A model generated the notes under the pieces. That model was not told the DNA's origin. It ran no database searches and saw nothing but the letters and a program-made list of their open reading frames with translations. DNA of 64,000 nt, from positions 992,001-1,056,000 of the forward strand of contig NW_027117348.1 of assembly GCF_038025025.1 (NCBI RefSeq). The letters run 5' to 3'. This DNA comes from Phyllosticta citribraziliensis (taxonomy: Eukaryota). Both the position numbers and the translations under genes were made by a program. The first letter of the stretch is position 1. Each line of letters begins with the position of its first letter. Shown here piece by piece: positions 34,750 through 47,668 of this stretch.

Positions 34750-35229
34750 GCGCACTCACACAGGACTTTGAACAGTATGCGACAGGGTAAGATTCCCGGC
34801 CGACGCATGCAAATTCGAAAATATGCCCTCAGACGTTTGAAGTTACGATCACTTGCCCAAAAGGGCAGGAAGCTGAGCAGTTCTGGCGACTCGCGACGTT
34901 TGAAGTTGCGTTTACTGGCCCAAAGAGGAATCTACCGAGTCTGTTGAACCTGCCGCGACGTTTGATTTCCAGGAGAATTCAAAAGGCAGAGGCTCAATTT
35001 GTATTTGTGGTCTAGGAGAGACGAAGACGATGTGACACCTGTGCGCCGGTTCCTATTCCAGTCTCCCAATCTCAATCCCAATCCCGATCCAATCCTGCAC
35101 CCTAACAGACCAAAACGACAGACGCTCGCAAACCCCAACAAACACACCCCTTGTCTCACCCCACCCCATCCCAAAGCATTCACAAACTCCCCCTTCCCCT
35201 CCCTTCCCCTTCCCCAAGACTTCCACAAC

Positions 35230-35826
35230 TCACACAGCCCCCACCCCCACCGCCCTCCTCGCCACCCTCACATCAACCGCCTGCCCCTGCCCCTCTCCCG
35301 CCCGTCGATACTGCATGATATACGCCAACGCAATGCCCGCAAACTCGCCCTCCCCAGTCTTCTCCCTCCTCTTACGCTGCTTCTCCGTGTCGCTTTCACT
35401 CCCCTCGTCTTCGCCCTCTCCCGCCTTCTCCTTCTGCTTACTGCGCCGGGAGCGCCCACTCGCCCGTGACAGGATGGTCGAGAGCCTATTTCCTTTGGAC
35501 GAAGTCGATTTGTGCGACGAGGCGGAGGTCGTCGTGGAGAGGGATGATGTGGCTGTTTGCGTTGTGCTGAGGGCTGGGCGCTGCGGTGCGCGGCGCGGTG
35601 CGATGCTGATGTCGTTGTCGGCTGTGGTGTTGGCTGGCGCAGGTGGAGGAAGAGGGTGGGTGGGTGTGGTGTCGCATTCGCAGGCGATGGCGTCCGTGTG
35701 CGAGCACGTTGGCGTCTGAAGCTGGGGATCCTTCTTTGCGGCAGATGACGACGATGATGAGGCCGGTTTGATGCTGCTACTGGCGTTGCTGTCCATGTCG
35801 ATGTTGTTGATAATGTCTTTGGTCAT
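35230..35826 (-). CDS. Hypothetical low-complexity Ser/Thr/Lys-rich protein
   Basis: ~198-codon ORF with coding-like composition and a TATAAA on the minus strand at ~36002-36007; no recognisable domain. Confidence 0.45.
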   Translation of the reverse strand: MTKDIINNIDMDSNASSSIKPASSSSSSAAKKDPQLQTPTCSHTDAIACECDTTPTHPLPPPAPANTTADNDISIAPRRAPQRPALSTTQTATSSLSTTTSASSHKSTSSKGNRLSTILSRASGRSRRSKQKEKAGEGEDEGSESDTEKQRKRREKTGEGEFAGIALAYIMQYRRAGEGQGQAVDVRVARRAVGVGAV

Positions 35827-38800
35827 GATGCAGACAAGCTGGACGGAGTCCGAGTCCGGATGATAGTGTATGTGGATTGATGACGTAGACAGTCTTGTTT
35901 TCTGAAGTGGCACTGAGACTGCCAGTGTTGGTGTTGGGCTTTTGCTTTTCTCCGATTGCTCTGGTCAAAACCCATTCCATTTGGACGAAAGTGGTCATCC
36001 CTTTATATCTCCCACCCTTCCAACCAGTCCGTCACAGCCCCAATGATGACAGCAATCAGATAAGGCGCTAGGAACAGAAGACATGTTCCTGGGAGCCCCA
36101 AGCCGTCGCCCAGCCGGCGCACACGTCGTATCCGGAACAAGACGTTGCCGGGCAGCCGACGCGCGATGACGGACGCGTGCACGCCTTTCCAGCCCTACGA
36201 AGACTGGCAACCTGACACTGTGGTTTGGCGTGGCAGGAACAAAGCCGAAACAAAAGATTCCAAGAGGTTGGGAAACACTGCCATCCATGCTCGTCCGTAG
36301 CGCCATGCCCGAGGTGCTCTGGGCAAGACCTTGGCGGGAGTCGTTATAACCCCACAACGCCCGCAAGACGTGGACGCAAGTTTGTCCGTTCATGGATGAA
36401 AAGATGGACGGCCGGTATCTTCGTCCTTCTCCATCCGGATTACAAACGCCAGACGAGGCAGACGTTTGATGTCGGATGAAGTGTGTTGCCTGTTTTGATC
36501 GGCTGCAGCGTGTTTCGCAGGTGGCTGACTGGTCTACTGCGTGGATCACCACCACGTAGACAGTTGGAGGGTGTCTCTCTGTCGTATTCGGCAATCAGGA
36601 TTCGTACGAAGGAGGGGACTGAAAAATCTGGGGCGAGTCGTCCTGGCCGTCGTCCGGAGACAGTTTGCCCACCGTAGGAGTTGCATGCAGCCGGAACGGA
36701 TGGGACGAGATGGCGTTCGATTCTGCGTGCTGTGCTTTAGTCTTCTCCAAGAATACCGCGGTCCTGCGATGATGAGTCCGTGGAATCTAGCTTTGGATCG
36801 CTTGGATGAATACAGTACGGGTTCTTTTGTCACTCCCCCATGAAAAGGCGAGTAACTGTCTGCCTGCTTTGGAAACACCAAGACTTTGGTATGCGAATCG
36901 TCGATAAGCACTTAAATCATAGCAGGCGTCGAAAAAATGAGGCTCCCGGGTCTGGCTGTCGCAACAAATCACAGCGCCCCAAGCGCACCTGTGATGGCGG
37001 ACAACTGCTCCTTAGGCATCTCCGTGTTACACCAGATGAAAGCCCACTATGCGCAGCCATGGCAGTGCTCGTCGTCTCATCTCCCCACTGTGAAGTGGTC
37101 CATATGCACAAGGCTGAAAAGAGCAATCATCCCCAACACTCCTAACCTTGAGACGTCTATGGAGACGCGCATTAGCCAAAGGCCGAGGCCCGAACGCGAA
37201 AGCGAAAGTACTTTGTGCTGATCATACAGCAGATACGCGTTATGTTGTTGCTCTTCGTCCGTTGCCCGTCGAGCGGGACCGACCTTTTCTGCTCGCATAT
37301 TTGGCGTCGACAGGGCTTTTGCTGCCAATTGAATCTGGTGGTCTGATTGGCTGACTGATTGTCGAAAACGAAGAGCAAGCAAGGGATTGGCAGCTCCACT
37401 GTTAGCCCAAGTGCAACTTCAAACGTCTATGGAGACTTTTGCGTCCGAGAACCGAAGCCCGAGCCTCCACCTCGAATAGTAATCCTTTCTTCGCAGGTGT
37501 CGACGCGGGACTTGTGCATATTTTGGGCGGCCGCAGAGTCGTTCCCGAAAACACGATGACCTTTGGCTTGTCCGATTCTTTTTGTCCGAAGTATGAAAGT
37601 TGGATGCAGGGCATCAAGTCTTGTCGTGAGGGCAAGCAAATCTTGGTGTGCGGGTGACGGAACGGCACGGGACGGGAGGACGGCCCTCCGTCTTTCACTC
37701 CGCAAATACTCGGATAGCTGCGGTAAAACTCCGAAACCACGGATTGATAATGCCGTTCTCATTGCCGTGGCATGAAATGTACGAGACTGAGGGGGAAGTC
37801 GAACCCAACTTCGTCCCCGCAAAGCGCTCAAAAAGTGGTTGCATCAAGAGCCATTTCGCGAGCGGACGCAGTCTCGGACAAATGATGCAGGTGTCATCGA
37901 TGAATCCGACGGACGTAGTGGACCTCTTTCGCGCGGCATCGTTGCCGGAAGAGGATTGCACACGTTCCGAGCACATTTCAACGCCTTGCCCAGACGGATC
38001 GGCGGATGGACATGGATCGTGACTTGGTGCTTTCCGGAAGCAACCTCGGACGACTTCCGGAAGACCCGTGACACGTGTCGGTTAACGCAGGCTGTTGATG
38101 GTTATATAGGAAAAGGGACGTCTAACGCCTGAATGCGTGTCACGTTCTACTCGTCTCGTCGCAGCGAAGTACGAAGCGAGAATGCGGATTGCAAGGTCGA
38201 CGTCGAGCAGATGCTTGTCCTGTCACCCGAGTCGAGAGGTACGTTGACCTAGCGTGCTTACAGAATGTCAGCAAAAGAGTAGCTTAAGGCAACCCCATTC
38301 GACCAATCGCGGGGCTCACAAAGCGGGCGGCTGACGCTTTTCCACATTGCGCGGAGTTTGAATGCATCCTGATCTCCTTCAGAGTATGCGGGCAGAGCGA
38401 CTACGAAGAAGGAAGTGAAGAGAAAGCCAAGTTGCCATGAAAAAGTTCAGTTACGATTTGGAGATGAGGATGGAAATTTGACAGTGGGCTCCAGCGTTCC
38501 TGGCCCGAACGTAGGCTGATCAAAAGGTAGGAAGAGATCGACTCCCGCGCTTGAACAGTCGCGATGGCGCAGTGTCGAAATAAATGAGATGTCCTGGCAT
38601 TTATTTCGACACTACGGTGGTGGATTGAAGCAGGTAAGCACGCCATCGGCCATGACGTAGATCGCCCCAAGGATGTATGGGGAAATGGACCAAGTGTGGG
38701 GGATTCGGTAGGGCAGAGGATGACTTACATGCATGCTGTAGGGCTTAGCCTCCCTTGTAAGAGCATCTGCAAAACATTCTGCGTGGAGATGGCGACGGCA

Positions 38801-39930
38801 ACGAGTCGGCCAAGCTGGCCAGCTGTGTGACTAGCTCATGTGCCGAGTGCCGGATACGGCATGTTGTTTGTGGTACGGCACGGTCTCCAAGGAAACGCTA
38901 TTTCTGAACAAGAGGTCGACAGTCGGTGGCTAGCGCCAATGTGTCAATGGCGAACAGACGCAGTCGCTCGGTCGTTGGACCCGGGCTCGGCATCCGGGTT
39001 TGCCTCCCCCTGGAAGAGAGGAGTGGTTTATGGCCGGTGGTTGGAAACGCGTGCTGCCCGGCAGAAAGGCGGCCAGTGCCCGTTGAGACTAACCGCGAGG
39101 AGCAAGAAGGCCTTGATGGGCGCACAGAGGCTGGGGCGTGCGCATTCCATCCAGTGCTTTTTTCCATTGCCTTCTGCCGGCCGGCCTAGCGAGGTGACGC
39201 GTTGAATTGACGGTCAAGAAGGTCGCTCATTTGGCAAACAGGTGGTCTGCGGGCGCTATTGATTGGGACAGGGCGTGCGGCTAGCAAACGGTCGCATCAA
39301 CGCCAAACGCATCGACCCACGGCGACGGCATGACGGCTGCATTTCGGACGCAACCTTGATCTGGGCTGAGACAGTCAGAGGAAGAGTTTGTGCAGCGAGG
39401 GGGCGACCCACCGTGTGCGCTGTAAGGGCTGGCGTGGTCCGAGGACGACGCGTCTCGCGAGGATGGGATGGGATGGGGTGGCTGGTGGCAGGGTGGATTG
39501 CCAGCGGCGAGCAGCAAACAGCGATGGAGCAGCGGGCGATGGGATGGATTCCTGGTGCAAACGGCGACAGTCAGTCGAGCCGAGCCGCGCATGTCGGCGG
39601 CGACTCGTGGTGGCAGCGTCTGGATTCTGGATGGCAGAAGAGCATTGGCCAAGAGTCTGATATGTATAGGCACTGCACGGCACGACCTGACCTCAGCGCC
39701 AGCGGAAGCTTCCCTATCTCGCGCCGTGCCCGGTGCACCACCCTAGCTCCTTCTGGACTACGATGCTGCCTCTTCGCCCGAAACTCATTTTATTAACTGC
39801 TGCCCTCCCCCTCTCGCTCTCGTTCCGTCCTCGCCATCCAGACCAGACGCTGCCTTGTTCCCTGCAATCTTTAATCCCTCCTCTCGCTCTCCTCCGCTCG
39901 CCTGCTCTGTCGCTTCAATCGCTCCTCACC

Positions 39931-40573
39931 ATGCGCGTCTCCACCGTCTTCGCCGCCGTCTCGGCCTTTGGCCTCGCCCTCGCTCAGAGCAGCACCGGCG
40001 CCACCTGCCAGCCCTCGTCTACTGTCGAGCCCTCCTCGGTTGACTCGACCCAGAGGAACACTTGGTGCCGTGCCCAGCAGCAGTCTTGCCCCACTCTTTG
40101 CGGCGGCAGCACCGCCAACAACACCTGCGACATTGTAAGCCGCCCATCCGCGACTGTGCCGCAATCGCTTGCTAACGCCTCGTCAACAGGAAACCCTCAC
40201 CTACAACTGCACCTGCAGCCCGGCCATTTCCAACCTCAACATGTCCGACTTCTCCCAGACTCTGCCTTCTCTCGAGTGCCAGTACGCCGTTGGACAGTGC
40301 ACCGAGGCCCACCCCAACGACGCGACTTGCCAGTCTGTCTGCCAGTCGGTCGTCTGCGGCAGCAAGAATGTCACCTCCCAGGCCGAGACTTCGTCCAGCA
40401 GCGCCGTCGCGTCGGCCACGGGCACCCCGACCTCTTCCGGCACCGCGTCCACTGCTTCCACGACTGCCGCTGCGTCCAGCTCTGCCGCCGCGGCCGCGGT
40501 TGCGTTTGGCTCAAACTTTGGCTCTGCCTCGCTCATTGCCGGTCTTCTCGCGCTCTTTGGCCTTGCCCTGTAA
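39931..40573 (+). CDS. Small secreted, Cys-rich, probably GPI-anchored protein
   Basis: Signal MRVSTVFAAVSAFGLALA; RNTWCRAQQQSCPTLC..NTCD, intron ~40135-40189, TLTYNCTC..QTLPSLEC..C..C..CG; S/T stalk; hydrophobic C-terminus LIAGLLALFGLAL*. Confidence 0.85.
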
Positions 40574-41158
40574 TACGGAACAAGCGTGCGGTTCTAATTG
40601 GGAGGATGGTGCTGAACATGGTCTACGGGCTGGACCTTTTTTCATCACGAGAGTTGTTACACGTAGCTAATGAGTGACGGGCAAATGGGGGTGTTTCAAG
40701 CGATTCAAATCAATTGTTGGTTTCTGGGATCGAGTCGTCGTCTACTTTTCTTTTTTGTGCAATGCGACACTGTACCCGCGGCACGCCAACGCGGCATGGA
40801 GTGCTCGGCCCAAAGTATCGGCCGATGAAGGTTCTGGTCGAAGATCGCAACCCAAGTAGACGTGCGCATCGCGACACCCCAGGAGGCCTCGCGCAGATCC
40901 CCCAATGGGAATGGCCGCCGACGGGCAGTCCCCTGCAGCACTTTTCAGCCAAGACATGGAGCTCCAGCTGCGCTCCAGGTCCCTCCCACTCTCTCTCCCT
41001 AGGTTCACGTGCCCGCCTCGGCCCGGGGAAACCCTCTAATCGATAAGCGAGCTGGCTGACATCGATTCGTACGTCACTCGTTCAACCGTTTCCGCTTCTT
41101 GCTCGCCTTTCAACACTTTTGGCTCGGCACAGGCACACGACACCACTCCTCGACGTTG

Positions 41159-42652
41159 ATGCTTGCGACCCTGCGCCTGTCCAGCCGCCTCCTGACCTCA
41201 CAGACCCCTCGCTCGACCTGCCTCCGCTCTCACCAGCTGCGCCCTTTTTTCCCTCCCTCGCCCGTTTCGCCCATCGCTCGACCAACCGTACCAACCATGG
41301 CGACCCTCAGCGCCGCGTCCAAGAAGCACAAGGTGACGATCGTGGGCTCAGGCAACTGGTAACCCTCCGGCGACGGCAATTGAGCGTGGCAACTTCTGAC
41401 GTGGGCAAATTTTCACAGGGGCACCACCATGGCCAAGATTGTGGCCGAGAATGTCAAGTCGCACCCCTCGCTGTTTGAGGAGACGGTCCAGATGTGGGTG
41501 TACGAGGAAGAAGTGACGATTGACCCCAAGAGCCGTCACTACGATTCCAACAGCTCCTTGTGCCAGGGTCCGCAGAAGCTGTCGCAGTTGGTCAACAAGC
41601 TGCACGAGAACATCAAGTACCTGCCCAACATTGCGCTGCCGCACAACGTCGTCGGAAACCCGAGTCTGGAGGATGCCGTCCAGGACAGCTCGCTGCTCGT
41701 CTTTGTCATTCCGCACCAGTTCATCGGCCGCATCTGTGACCGGCTCAAGGGCAAGATTATGCCCTATGCGCGCGGCATCTCGTGCATCAAGGGCGTCGAC
41801 GTCTCGGACAAGGGCATTCGTCTCTTTTGCGAGGCCATTGGCCACCAGCTCGGCATCTACTGCGGCGCGCTCTCGGGTGCCAACATTGCGACTGAAATCG
41901 CCCAGGGCAAGTACTCGGAGACGACCATCGCCTACGACCCGCCGCCCATTGACTCTCGCGGACCTTCGCCCACCGAGTCGCCCAGGGAGTCTCAGGTCGA
42001 CCTGATTAGCCCGTCCAAGGAGCCCGGCCGCCGCAGCGCGAAGCTCTCTGCCCTGCCGATCGACTACCCGCCGCTCAGCCACGAAAACGTCAAGAAGCTC
42101 TTCCACCGCCCCTACTTTCACGTGCGCATGGTCTCGGACGTGGCAGGCGTGTCGCTGGGCGGTGCTCTCAAGAACGTCGTCGCGCTGGCAGCAGGTTTCA
42201 TGGACGGCCTGGGCTGGGGCGACAATGCCAAGGCGGCCGTGATGCGGGTTGGTCTCCTCGAAATGGTCAAGTTTGGCAGATGCTTCTTTGGCGGCACGGC
42301 CAAGCCCGAGACGTTTACCGAGGAGAGCTGCGGCATGGCCGATGTCGTGACGAGTTGCATGGGTGGTCGCAACTTTCGCTGCGCAAAAATGGCCATTGAG
42401 CGCGGTCAGAGCGTGTACGAGGTGGAGCAGGCCGAGCTGAATGGCCAAAAGCTGCAGGGCACCAGCACGGCGTACGAAGTGCACTCGTTCCTCGAGAATG
42501 AAGGCATGGCCGACGAGTTCCCGCTCTTTACGGCGGTTTACGGTACGTTCCTGGATTTCCTTGCTCTTGATGACGCCACTGACCTTTAAGACATTCTCGA
42601 GGGCAAGGCGAAGCCCGAACAGATTCCCGACCTCATTGAGCCCCGCGACTAG
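41159..42652 (+). CDS. GPD1: NAD-dependent glycerol-3-phosphate dehydrogenase, 2 introns; two in-frame starts (41159 and 41297)
   Basis: [13 protein letters not shown] (Rossmann), [71 protein letters not shown]. Confidence 0.95.
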
Positions 42653-45207
42653 ACGATTTGAATCCGACGCTTTCCGAATTGACGGCCGAGTTGTATACCT
42701 ACCTGTTTCGCCAGGATCGCGGACGAGCAGACGACAAAAATTCAAAATGTACCGAGTTCCATGTGGACAGGGAACAAAGAAAGGGACAAGGAGATGAGAG
42801 CAACATGAGCAGAGGTACAACGATATTTCGATGTTTCGGGTGGGGAGATATGAATATCCAGGGCATTTGATGGGGATTTCTTTCGTCTTGCCACATCAGC
42901 GCAGCATACCTACCGATACATGCATCCCATTTGCTTCGCGTACGCGCGACATGGAGACGGCTGACAGTGTTTTCTTTCTTTCCTTGTGGTCGTGTATAGA
43001 TTCGGCAGTTGAGAAGACAAGACACGCTTCCAACCATTTATTCCACTTCGTCGAATGACATTTCTTGATATAATGGGACAGTGACCAAGCAGAAGACAAG
43101 CGCTGCCCGGATTGAGCGGTGGCTGCTGAGCTGAGCGGATTCCGTTGCCGAGCGGCCGGACGGGTGGGAGTACGGAAGGAAGGCGAGGAAGCTTGCGAGT
43201 GATGGATCAACAGCTTGGAGACGAAATAAGACAGAGCGATGCGAAGAGACGGTGAGTGTGAGTGAGATGACACCGAGTAAATACATGGGCAGATAATCCA
43301 GTAGTAGTGAGAGAATCAGCTGAGATGCCGTGGGCCAGGATGCACGTCCGCGCCGCGGGTTCCACGGGTTCCGCGTCGTCGGTTTCGTTTCGCTGGCCTC
43401 TGCTCCAAATTCCAAACAACCCAGCGCGGCCAGCGGGCGGTTTGCATCGAAAAAGGTTTGACAAAGCTTCTCTGCAGCGGCCGCTTGTATCCGCCGACGA
43501 TTTTACATCTTGCGTCTCACTCGTCACCCGTCGTCGCTACTGTCGCCTACCCGCTTTTGAATGCCAACCTCCTCTTCTTCTGCTCAGTCTTCCAATCATC
43601 TCGTTTTCATTTCATACAGCTTCAAGCATCAAGGATGAAGAGATAAGAGGAGGAAAAGACCAGCTCCAGCCCTGCCGACACAGCACACACGCGCTCCTCG
43701 CATGACGTCTCTTTGCAGAGCCGACCAGCCGACCGACGTCTCTACATCGCACTTCATCTCTCGACAAACCAAGACGACAACAGCTATCAGCTGCATGTCT
43801 GAGACGAGCGACGCGTCAATGACTTCGGAACCGCTGGACGACGCGCCAGTCGACTTTTCTCGATAGCGGAACCGGGCCGTCCATGGCAGCACGCAGCAGC
43901 TTAACTCCGGTCGGTCGGTCGGCCGGCAAGTCGGCTCGATAACTACTTGACAGGGTCAGGGAATGTGTTCTGTGAGGGCTGCTGCTACTGGGATGCGGTG
44001 GGGCGTTGAGGTGGGTAACAAGGTAGGTAAGGTTCTACCCCGCTCCCGCCGCGGCTGTCCCAGTCTTTTCTTTGTGGGTCGCAGTGCTGAGGTTGGGTAT
44101 CAACTCTACCTCATCGGATCCAAAGCCAATGTACCATGGTTTGCGTCTGGTAGATGTGAGCGGTGGTTGACGGGCCCATGGTTATCTCGACCACTGGATG
44201 CCGTTTGGCGAGCCCAGTTTTGATATCTGTCCTGCAGACTTCGGAACTCCAGCTGTGAGTTGGGCATTGCAGTTGGTCTGACCCATTCAGCCGCCTTCCA
44301 TTCCCCGAGTCACTTTTCCATCATGTCTGGTCCTCGTGACCAACGCTCGCTTCCTTCTCGTCAAAGGCGCACGGAGACTGCAAAAGAAGGGACAAACAGG
44401 CAAACTGTTCACGTTACCCCGCGCCACCCCCAGACGACGCCTCAGCACCCTATTCATCCGCCTCTGCGGAGAAGAAACGCCAACGATGACTCGCGCCGCC
44501 AACCTAAGCACAGCTCAAGCATCAAAGCCGACAGGCTTGCTTTGTTCGCGCCCGCCCCGCCCAGCGCTCGGCGTGGGAGCCTCCTCAAAAGAGGCCAAGC
44601 AAAATGTCAGACGCCGCGTGAGAGGAGGTGGTGATGAAGGGCTCCAAGATGGTCACCTCGAAGCGTGGCGTTTCGGCCGCTAGTCACAACGGTGCGCGCG
44701 ATAAGGCGGGCTTGACTTGGCCGCTGTTCCGGACCTTGGTTGTGCATCATTTGTCAAAGAGGTGTGGATCAGCGGTGCCTGGCGCGGTAGGTTGATTTGT
44801 GATGCTGCTAAAAAGATGACGGTGATGATGCTGCTACTGCTGCGGGGAACACCCGCCAGGTGCATGATGGATATCTACACCCCACGACTGGCGAGTTGAA
44901 TCGGCTGCTTTGTTCTTTGGACCTGTGGTTATTTTTTCTTTGCTCGTCTCCCCCATTACTTTACCTCACCCTCCCCCTTCCTTCGTCTCATTCCCGTCTC
45001 CTAGCTCCAGGTCTCCTCCTTGCTGACTGTGTCGCGACCGCTCCCACGTCCTTGACGTCAGCCACCCGCTCGTCCGCGCCGCGCCAGGCCAGAACCTCGC
45101 TCGCACGTGCAGGAATCTTGCCTCTCCTCTTGGACGTCTTTGCTCCAAAGTTAAGCTCTTGTTGCTGTTGGGCTTGACCATTGAGGCTCTGCGCTGCCGT
45201 ACACGAC

Positions 45208-47060
45208 ATGTCGGTGCCACGCGAAGGGTCCAAGGTGTCGCAAGACTATGCGCCGCCTTCGGATGATGAAAAGGCCGCCGTCAGGCCTGGCACTACGCTC
45301 GAGTCTGCCAGTCAGGATGAGACTTCTGCGCTCGATGATCCGGATGCGGGATTGAGTGCAGAGGAACGCGCTGCCATTGTGAGTGACTTGTAGAGCGCAT
45401 CCGTGTCGCTAGCTGACTTTGTCGTGCAGGACCGCAAGCTGCTGTGGAAGTTGGACGTGAAATTGATTCCCTGGGTAAGATGGCAATTGCAATCAGGGCG
45501 AGAGCATCACTGACGAGATTCTCAGCTATGCTTCCTCTACCTCATTTCGTTCCTTGACCGGACCAACATTGGTACGCGACATGATGTCCATCTTTTCCAA
45601 GTCTAACACCTTTTACAGGCAACGCCAAAATCGACGGCCTGGTAGACGACCTCAACATGACAGCCGGCCAGTACAACGCGTCGCTGTCCATCTTCTTCGT
45701 GTCGTACGCGCTCTTCGAGCCACTGACCAACATCCTGCTCAAACGGCTGCGCCCGTCCGTCTTCATCCCCATCATCATGATCCTCTGGGGCATCTGCATG
45801 ACGACCATGGGCCTGGTGCACGATTTTCAGGGGCTCATGGCCTCGCGCTTCTTCCTGGGCTTGTGCGAGGCCGGCCTGTTTCCTGGCGTCAACTACTACC
45901 TCTCGTGCTGGTACAAGCGCGCCGAGTTTGGCATTCGCGCCGCCATCTTCTTTAGTGCGGCTGCCCTGGCTGGTAGCTTTGGCGGTCTGCTTGCTGCTGC
46001 GATTGCGCAGATGAGGGGCATCGGTGGGAAGCCGGGGTAAGTCTATTCACTGTTGCGATTTTCCATGGCTGACCATTGACTGCAGATGGGCGTGGATCTT
46101 TATTCTTGAAGGGTAAGCACGCATGTCTCTCCGCAAAAGCCCCCGCTCACATTTCCAGTCTCGCAACCATCTTCGTCGGCATCGCCAGCTACTGGCTCGT
46201 CCACGACTTCCCAGACGAAGCCAAATTCCTGTCGCCCATCGACCGGGCGCGGGTGATCCAGCGGCTCAAAGACGACAAGCAGTCGTCGGCCGAGCACGAA
46301 GCGTTCCAGATGCGCTACTTCTGGGCGTCGGTGCGCGACTGGAAGACGTGGCTCTTCGCCGTCATCTACATGGGGGCCGACGGCGCACTGTACGCCTTCT
46401 CACTCTTCCTGCCGACCATCATCAACGAGCTGGGCTACACGAGCACCAAGGCGAACCTGCTGAGCGTGCCGCCGTACGCGGCCGCGGCCATCCTCACCGT
46501 CGCCGTGGGCTGGCTGGCCGACCGCACGCGCCAGCGCGGCTTCTGCAACATGGGCGTCTCACTGATCGGCATCGCGGGCTTCTGCATGCTGCTCGGGTCG
46601 GAGAAGCCGGGCGTCAAGTACGCCGGCACGTTCCTGGGCGCCCTCGGCATCTACCCGACCATCCCCAACACCATCTCGTGGGCCAGCAATAACGTCGAGG
46701 GCGTCTACAAGCGCGGCGTCACGCTCGGCTTCGTCATTGGCTGGGGCAACCTCAACGGCGTCGTTAGCAGCAACATCTACCAGCAGCACGATAAGCCGCG
46801 CTACCTCACGGGGCATGGCGTCGTGTTGGCGTATCTGGTGCTGTGGTTGCTCGGCGGCAGTATCGTGACGCATCTTGCGCTGCGGTGGGAGAATGAGAAG
46901 AGGAGAAGTGGCAAGAGGGATCACTGGGTGCAGGGGAAGACGGAGAAGGAGGTTGAGATGTTGGGCGATACCAGGTATGTCTTTTTTTCTTTCCCTCCAA
47001 ACTCGCCCTTTTCCGACGTGACTGACGCATCGCAGACCCGATTTCATGTACACGCTGTAA
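45208..47060 (+). CDS. MFS anion:cation symporter (Dal5/Tna1 allantoate-nicotinate family), ~6 introns
   Basis: DRKLLWKLDVKLIPW, LISFLDRTNIGNAKI, RFFLGLCEAGLFPG, SCWYKRAE, WAWIFILEG, LLSVPPY, ADRTRQRG, RPDFMYTL*. Confidence 0.92.
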
Positions 47061-47668
47061 ATCGTCTCGTCGTCGAGGCTCCATGGCATTTTCGTCTCGT
47101 AGACACCATCGCCGCGGTCAAACGCTGTCAATAACCATCTTTCTCGCTTCTTGCTTCGCGTCCAATTGTCCTCGCATGTGCTGCTGCATCTGACTTGCCA
47201 GGTACCTCGCGCTCTCGTGACTGCGCTCCGATGCCGCTCGGTTGCGGTGGTACAAAGCAGTCCCTTTCCCTGCCTCGACTTTGCCGGACAAGCGAGTCGC
47301 CAAAGCCATCGCGCACCGGTTGTGGTCTGGTGTCGGGCTGTGGAACCCATCATGATGACCGTATTTGCACTTGCGCCGTCTCTGGCCGCGTGGAGGATGT
47401 GTCGTAAGTACGCCAAATCGGCCGCTGAGCTCATTGGCAAGCCACCACACCCACCATATCCTCACATCGACGCGTCCGTTCCGCATCTAGACACAACGAC
47501 CTTCAGCATTACCAGGCGGCGGCGACAGCAGAAGAACGGAGTACGGACTCGCAAAGAGAAGCTGAACCAGAACAGAAACAGAAACAAGTGTTGTTCTTCT
47601 GTGGTGTCCCGGCGCTGCCCACGCCGCTCCTGCGCCGACAGCGAGCAGAAGTGGGCGCCTTGCCCGGC

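Noticed and set aside
36000..39900. Many short ORFs in a ~4-kb gap
   Set aside because: No domain motifs, consistent splice structure, tRNA or 5S signature recognised; treated as intergenic or regulatory.
42640..42661. Cryptic peroxisomal targeting of GPD1 by stop-codon readthrough
   Set aside because: The stop context is TAG ACG, not TGA CTA, and the extension (TI*) has no PTS1.
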